This document shows, piece after piece, positions 59,858-64,000 of a stretch of DNA of 64,000 nt. The DNA is from a candidate division WOR-3 bacterium (GTDB lineage: Bacteria; Hydrothermota; Tepidihabitantia; Tepidihabitantales; Tepidihabitantaceae). Location: assembly GCA_037441285.1 (NCBI GenBank), contig JBBISL010000006.1:33157-97156 (forward strand), in the 5' to 3' direction. Both the position numbers and the translations under genes were made by a program. The notes below the pieces were generated by a model that searched no databases, was not told the DNA's origin, and was given only the letters and a program-made list of their open reading frames with translations. Positions within the stretch are counted from its first letter, which is position 1. Each line of letters starts with the position of its first letter.

Positions 59858-61177
59858 TTGGCAGAGATTAATCTGGCAAGCGAGATAAAGAGGAACAGGG
59901 TCCGGTTTGTCCAGCTCTGGTTCACCGATGTTTTGGGGTTTCTCAAAGGGATTACCATTTCCAGTCGGGAACTATCCCGGGCGCTGCGGCACGGATTCAG
60001 TTTTGATGGCTCGTCAATTGAGGGTTTTGCCCGGATTGAGGAGTCGGATATGGTTGTCAAGCCCGACCCGAACAGTTTTGCGGTCCTGCCCTGGGAGGTG
60101 CAAGGCGCACGGGCGGCAAGGATGTTCTGCGATGTGTTTACGCCCGATGGCAAACCGGTTGATTTTGACCCGCGACAGGTGCTGCGCCGGGTTGTGACCA
60201 GGGCGCAGAAGATGGGTTTTACGCTCTATGCGGGCTGCGAACTGGAGTGCTTTTACTTTCAGAACGGCGGGGCGCCGAACCTTTTGGACCAGGGTGGTTA
60301 TTTTGATTTGATACCGACCGCCCTGCCCGAGCAGGTGCGCGAGGAGACAATTGTTGAGCTGGAGAAACTCGGGGTTGGTGTGGAGTATAGCCACCACGAG
60401 GTGTCACCGAGCCAGCATGAGATTGACCTGCACTACACCGACGCCCTGACGATGGCGGACAATGTGGTCACCTGCCGGTTTGTTGCCCGTCAGGTGGCAA
60501 AGCGGCACAACATCCATTGCACCTTTATGCCCAAGCCGGTTTTTGGCGTCAACGGCTCCGGGATGCACACCCACATCTCCTTATTCCGCAATGGCAGGAA
60601 TGTTTTTTATTCGGCAAAAGACGAGATGAACCTCTCGCCAATCTGCCGGCAGTTTATCGCCGGTCTGCTCAAGTACGCTTCGGAAATAACCGCGGTCACC
60701 AATCAATGGGTCAACTCCTACAAAAGGCTCGTGCCCGGATTTGAGGCGCCGGTTTATGTGTCCTGGGCAAGGGTGAACCGCAGCGCGCTGGTGCGGGTGC
60801 CGGCATTTTCCAAGGACCGGCCCGAGGCGGCGCGGATTGAGTACCGTTCACCCGACCCGGCATGCAACCCCTATCTGGCGTTTGCGGTGATATTTGCCGC
60901 CGGTTTAAAGGGTGTGGAGGAAAAACTGCCACTCGCGCCACCCACTACCGACAACATCTATCGGATGACCGAAGAGGAGCGGGCACGGGCAAAAATTACC
61001 TGTCTGCCCAAAGACCTTTCTGAGGCGATAAAGTTAACCGAGAAAAGCGAACTGGTGCGGTCAACGCTGGGCGATGAGCTGTTTGCCTTCTTTCTGCGCA
61101 ACAAGCGTCAGGAGTGGGATGAGTACAAGGCACAGGTGACCGAGTTTGAGATAAAACGGTATCTGCCGATACTGTAA
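59858..61177 (+). CDS. glnA: Glutamine synthetase type I
   Basis: FDGSSIEG, HHEV, FMPKP..G.NGSGMH, NSYKRLVPG.EAP, EYRSPD. Confidence 0.92.
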   Translation: MAEINLASEIKRNRVRFVQLWFTDVLGFLKGITISSRELSRALRHGFSFDGSSIEGFARIEESDMVVKPDPNSFAVLPWEVQGARAARMFCDVFTPDGKPVDFDPRQVLRRVVTRAQKMGFTLYAGCELECFYFQNGGAPNLLDQGGYFDLIPTALPEQVREETIVELEKLGVGVEYSHHEVSPSQHEIDLHYTDALTMADNVVTCRFVARQVAKRHNIHCTFMPKPVFGVNGSGMHTHISLFRNGRNVFYSAKDEMNLSPICRQFIAGLLKYASEITAVTNQWVNSYKRLVPGFEAPVYVSWARVNRSALVRVPAFSKDRPEAARIEYRSPDPACNPYLAFAVIFAAGLKGVEEKLPLAPPTTDNIYRMTEEERARAKITCLPKDLSEAIKLTEKSELVRSTLGDELFAFFLRNKRQEWDEYKAQVTEFEIKRYLPIL

Positions 61178-61185
61178 ATTGAGTT

Positions 61186-61569
61186 ATGGACAAGAAGGTG
61201 TTTGGGGTGGCGATTAACTGTATGGACGGCAGGGTGCAGCTGCCCGTGATTGATTATCTGAAAAGGGGGTTCGGACTGGATTATGTTGATATGGTGACTG
61301 AGCCGGGACCGAACAAAATTCTGGCGGAAAATCAGGAACGCGCTACGGTTGATTCCATTAAAAGGCGGGTTGCGATATCGGTCGAGAAACACAATTCAAC
61401 GGTAATTGCCCTGGTGGGTCATTTTGACTGTGCGGGAAATCCGGCAGATAAACCGGTACAATTAAACCAGTTAAACCGGGCAGAGGAAACGGTTAAGTCC
61501 TGGGGGTTCAAGGTCCGGACGGTAAAACTGTGGGTGGATGAAAACTGGCAGGTGCATCCGGTAAAGTGA
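61186..61569 (+). CDS. Small carbonic anhydrase-like protein
   Basis: NCMDGR and HFDCAGN metal-ligand motifs. Confidence 0.7.
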   Translation: MDKKVFGVAINCMDGRVQLPVIDYLKRGFGLDYVDMVTEPGPNKILAENQERATVDSIKRRVAISVEKHNSTVIALVGHFDCAGNPADKPVQLNQLNRAEETVKSWGFKVRTVKLWVDENWQVHPVK

Positions 61570-61659
61570 GCCGGAACAAAGGTCCGATTGTTGTAACACC
61601 GTGCTCATCTTACGGTTGAACCAATCAACCGGATATTATCATTTATTTCAGATGAATGC

Positions 61660-61760
61660 CGGGCAGGGTCCCGGATACGATTTACCCGGTCAATTACCGA
61701 ATCGTTGGGGGAACGGCTCCCGGAGTGGTTCCCTGAGTCGTTACCGGGATAGTATGGAGC
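61660..61760 (-). repeat. Degenerate 12-bp periodic tract related to block 1 of elements A and B
   Basis: Minus strand CCATACTATCCCGGTAACGACTCAGGG versus CCATACCATCCCCGAAACTGTCCCGGG in A. Confidence 0.45.
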
Positions 61761-61834
61761 GGGGCGTTTGAACCTGATAGGGCTTTTTGGGTAGATATTG
61801 ACCGGCAACTGAGTATGGTTTAAGGTTAATCCCG

Positions 61835-63079
61835 ATGCTGATGTTGCTAACACTTTTGATTACCGGGCAACTGGTGATTACCGAGGTTATGGCAAATCCC
61901 AGAGGCGGGAGTGGTGTTCTGATGCCGGAAGACCGGAATGAGTTCATTGAGCTGTACAATGCGGGCAACGAAGCGCTTGACTTGTTTAACTATACGGTTG
62001 ATGATGGTGATGCGTTGGACCAAATTGTTGCCTGGTACGATTCGGCGATTTTGCAAAACAACCCGGGCGTGATTATCGGTACAACCTGGCTCAAGCCCGG
62101 TGGTTTTGCGCTGATTCTGGACCCGGAGTATGCCGATAGCGGTGGTCTGGGTGGCTATCTCCAGCCTTACCAGATTGGCGACTCCTGTTTAATTGTGACC
62201 GTCGGCAACACCACGATTGGTAATGGGCTGGCAGGTAATGACCCGATAACGGTTGCGTCGAGTTATGGTGATACAACAACCTTTGGCACACCGCAGGATT
62301 TAGAAGATGGGTTTCCGGTTGATGCGGGTGACGGTTTTTCCTGGGAGAGGATAGATGTCAATGCGCCGGACCACAAGGAGAACTGGGCGGTGTGCCCGGA
62401 CTCTTCCGGCGCGACTCCAGGCTTGCCGAATGCGGTCTGCTCCTATTTTGATCTGACCATTACCGAAATGGGTTTGATAGACAGGGTTGTGCCGGAACCG
62501 GGCGCGCGGTTCAATTTTCAGGTCAGGGTGAAAAACTCCGGGTTTGTGCCGGCGCCGAACTGGCGGCTGTTGTGGGGCTGGGATAAAGGCGAGGTTTTGG
62601 TCGACATTGAGGTGGCGTCTTTAAGACCGAAGCAGGAGAGTGTGTTTGTTTTTGAGGCGACCTGTCCCCAAACCCGGGCTGAGTTGTGGTGCCGGGTTTT
62701 ATGCCCCGGGGACAAGGACACAACAAACAACCTTTACCAGATGGTTGTGACACCAAAAGTTGTGGGTGGGCTTTTGAGTTTGGGGTTAACGAGTTTCAGT
62801 CCAGATGGTGATGGTTTTGAAGACAGCCTGCCGATTAATTTTGTTTTACCTGAACCCGGGGGCAGGATGAGTTTAAAGGTTTTTGACCTTTCGGGCAGGA
62901 CGGTTCGGATACTATTTGCCGGTCGGGAGATAAATGAGACCCAGGGGATAGTTTACTGGAATGGCAGGATGGACCAGGGCGGACTGGCACCGGTTGGGTT
63001 GTATGCGGTGTACCTTGAATACCGCTATTCCGGTCGCAAGGTTGGCGCGAAACAACCGGTTGTCTTGATTAAACGGTAA
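61835..63079 (+). CDS. Exported lamin-tail-domain protein with CARDB and FlgD-like C-terminus
   Basis: VITEVMANP, EFIELYN, TPGLPN, FSPDGDG..D, WNGR. Confidence 0.8.
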   Translation: MLMLLTLLITGQLVITEVMANPRGGSGVLMPEDRNEFIELYNAGNEALDLFNYTVDDGDALDQIVAWYDSAILQNNPGVIIGTTWLKPGGFALILDPEYADSGGLGGYLQPYQIGDSCLIVTVGNTTIGNGLAGNDPITVASSYGDTTTFGTPQDLEDGFPVDAGDGFSWERIDVNAPDHKENWAVCPDSSGATPGLPNAVCSYFDLTITEMGLIDRVVPEPGARFNFQVRVKNSGFVPAPNWRLLWGWDKGEVLVDIEVASLRPKQESVFVFEATCPQTRAELWCRVLCPGDKDTTNNLYQMVVTPKVVGGLLSLGLTSFSPDGDGFEDSLPINFVLPEPGGRMSLKVFDLSGRTVRILFAGREINETQGIVYWNGRMDQGGLAPVGLYAVYLEYRYSGRKVGAKQPVVLIKR

Positions 63080-63081
63080 GG

Positions 63082-63945
63082 TTATCTACCCTTACCGGTA
63101 AGGATATAGTCGGCAGGGTTGACCCAGTTACCGTTGACCTTTATTCCGTAGTGGAGGTGGTTGCCGGTTGCCTGTCCGGTGGCGCCGACCGTGGCGATGA
63201 CCTCGCCCCGTTTGACCTGCTTACCAACCGTAACCCGGATGGTGTTACAATGGCCATAAAATGTTCGGACACCCCAGCCGTGGTCAATCTCTACGGTTCT
63301 GCCAAAGCCTGGTTTCCATCCGGCAAACACCACCTTACCGTCAGCAGGGGCAACAATTGGCGTACCGCGCGGGGCGACAATGTCCATTCCGGCGTGCATC
63401 TCCCTTCTGCCGGTAAACGGGTCCTGGCGATAGCCAAAGTTGGATGTGACCCAGCCCTGAACGGGCCAGATTGATGGGGTGCATTTTAGCCGCTCCTGCT
63501 GCCGGGTTACGGTGCGGTCGATTTCGAGTAGGGACCGCTGGGTGAATTTAGCCCGGCGGAGAAGTTCATCAACCTCAGGCGCTGGACTCGGGGTTTGAAC
63601 GCCGCCGACACCCATCAACCGGACATCAGCCGGTACAAGCCCAAGGTTGACTGCAGCCCGAAGTTTATTGTCCATCTGTTCGGTGAAGGTAAGGAACTGG
63701 CGGAAACTGTCCACTGCTGCGGCATAGGCGGTGAGTTGCTGGTTCAATCGGCTGTTTTCGGCGAGGAGGTGGTTTAAAAGTCCGCGGTCGGTAAACCGGT
63801 TAACGATAAAACGGGTAAACGCACCGCTGAACACAAAAAAACCGAAAAGTACCGCTATGGCGAAATATATATAGTATATAGGAAAGGAAAGGCTCAAAGC
63901 CTTGTTGCGTCGGGTCAGGTGAACCAGAACCTGAAGCCTTTCCAC
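63082..63945 (-). CDS. M23 family metallopeptidase
   Basis: WPVQG.VTS.FG.R, HAGMDI, YGH, HLHY; N-terminal TM and coiled coil. Confidence 0.9.
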   Translation of the reverse strand: MERLQVLVHLTRRNKALSLSFPIYYIYFAIAVLFGFFVFSGAFTRFIVNRFTDRGLLNHLLAENSRLNQQLTAYAAAVDSFRQFLTFTEQMDNKLRAAVNLGLVPADVRLMGVGGVQTPSPAPEVDELLRRAKFTQRSLLEIDRTVTRQQERLKCTPSIWPVQGWVTSNFGYRQDPFTGRREMHAGMDIVAPRGTPIVAPADGKVVFAGWKPGFGRTVEIDHGWGVRTFYGHCNTIRVTVGKQVKRGEVIATVGATGQATGNHLHYGIKVNGNWVNPADYILTGKGR

Positions 63946-64000
63946 AATAGGATTTTACCCGGCTGAACCCGGCTGTCAAGAAAATTTTACCGGTTTATGT

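Noticed and set aside
1..64000. CRISPR array, IS element, integrase or prophage, rRNA
   Set aside because: No repeat-spacer array, transposase, integrase or rRNA signature seen, including next to the tRNAs

Overview
Chromosomal-origin region of an anaerobic, protein-degrading Gram-negative bacterium. The secreted S8/M28/C25 peptidases with CARDB, Kelch and T9SS/FlgD-like tails suggest the FCB group, probably candidate division WOR-3 (inference). It contains dnaA flanked by DnaA boxes and an AT-rich tract, a perfect parS inside hypF, and a visible C-rich to G-rich skew switch at about 28-29.6 kb. Other content: a partial A/V-type ATPase operon (C-F-A-B), five tRNAs, tldD-pmbA-lon, ribBA-ribH-nusB, hutH, nadA, scpA, amrS and glnA. 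I saw no IS, prophage or CRISPR. The most notable unannotated features are: (1) a self-contained sigma54 promoter / ~150-nt RNA / strong terminator unit directly downstream of an atypical enhancer-binding protein gene, carrying an 11-nt perfect antisense match to the start of a secreted S8 protease gene; (2) an in-frame UGA with a SECIS-like hairpin in a secreted beta-propeller protein (candidate exported selenoprotein); (3) an in-frame TAA in the neighbouring S8 protease; (4) a dispersed hairpin / IHF-like / palindrome element upstream of secreted-peptidase genes; (5) widespread leaderless gene starts. All calls come from reading the sequence by eye; no database searches were run.
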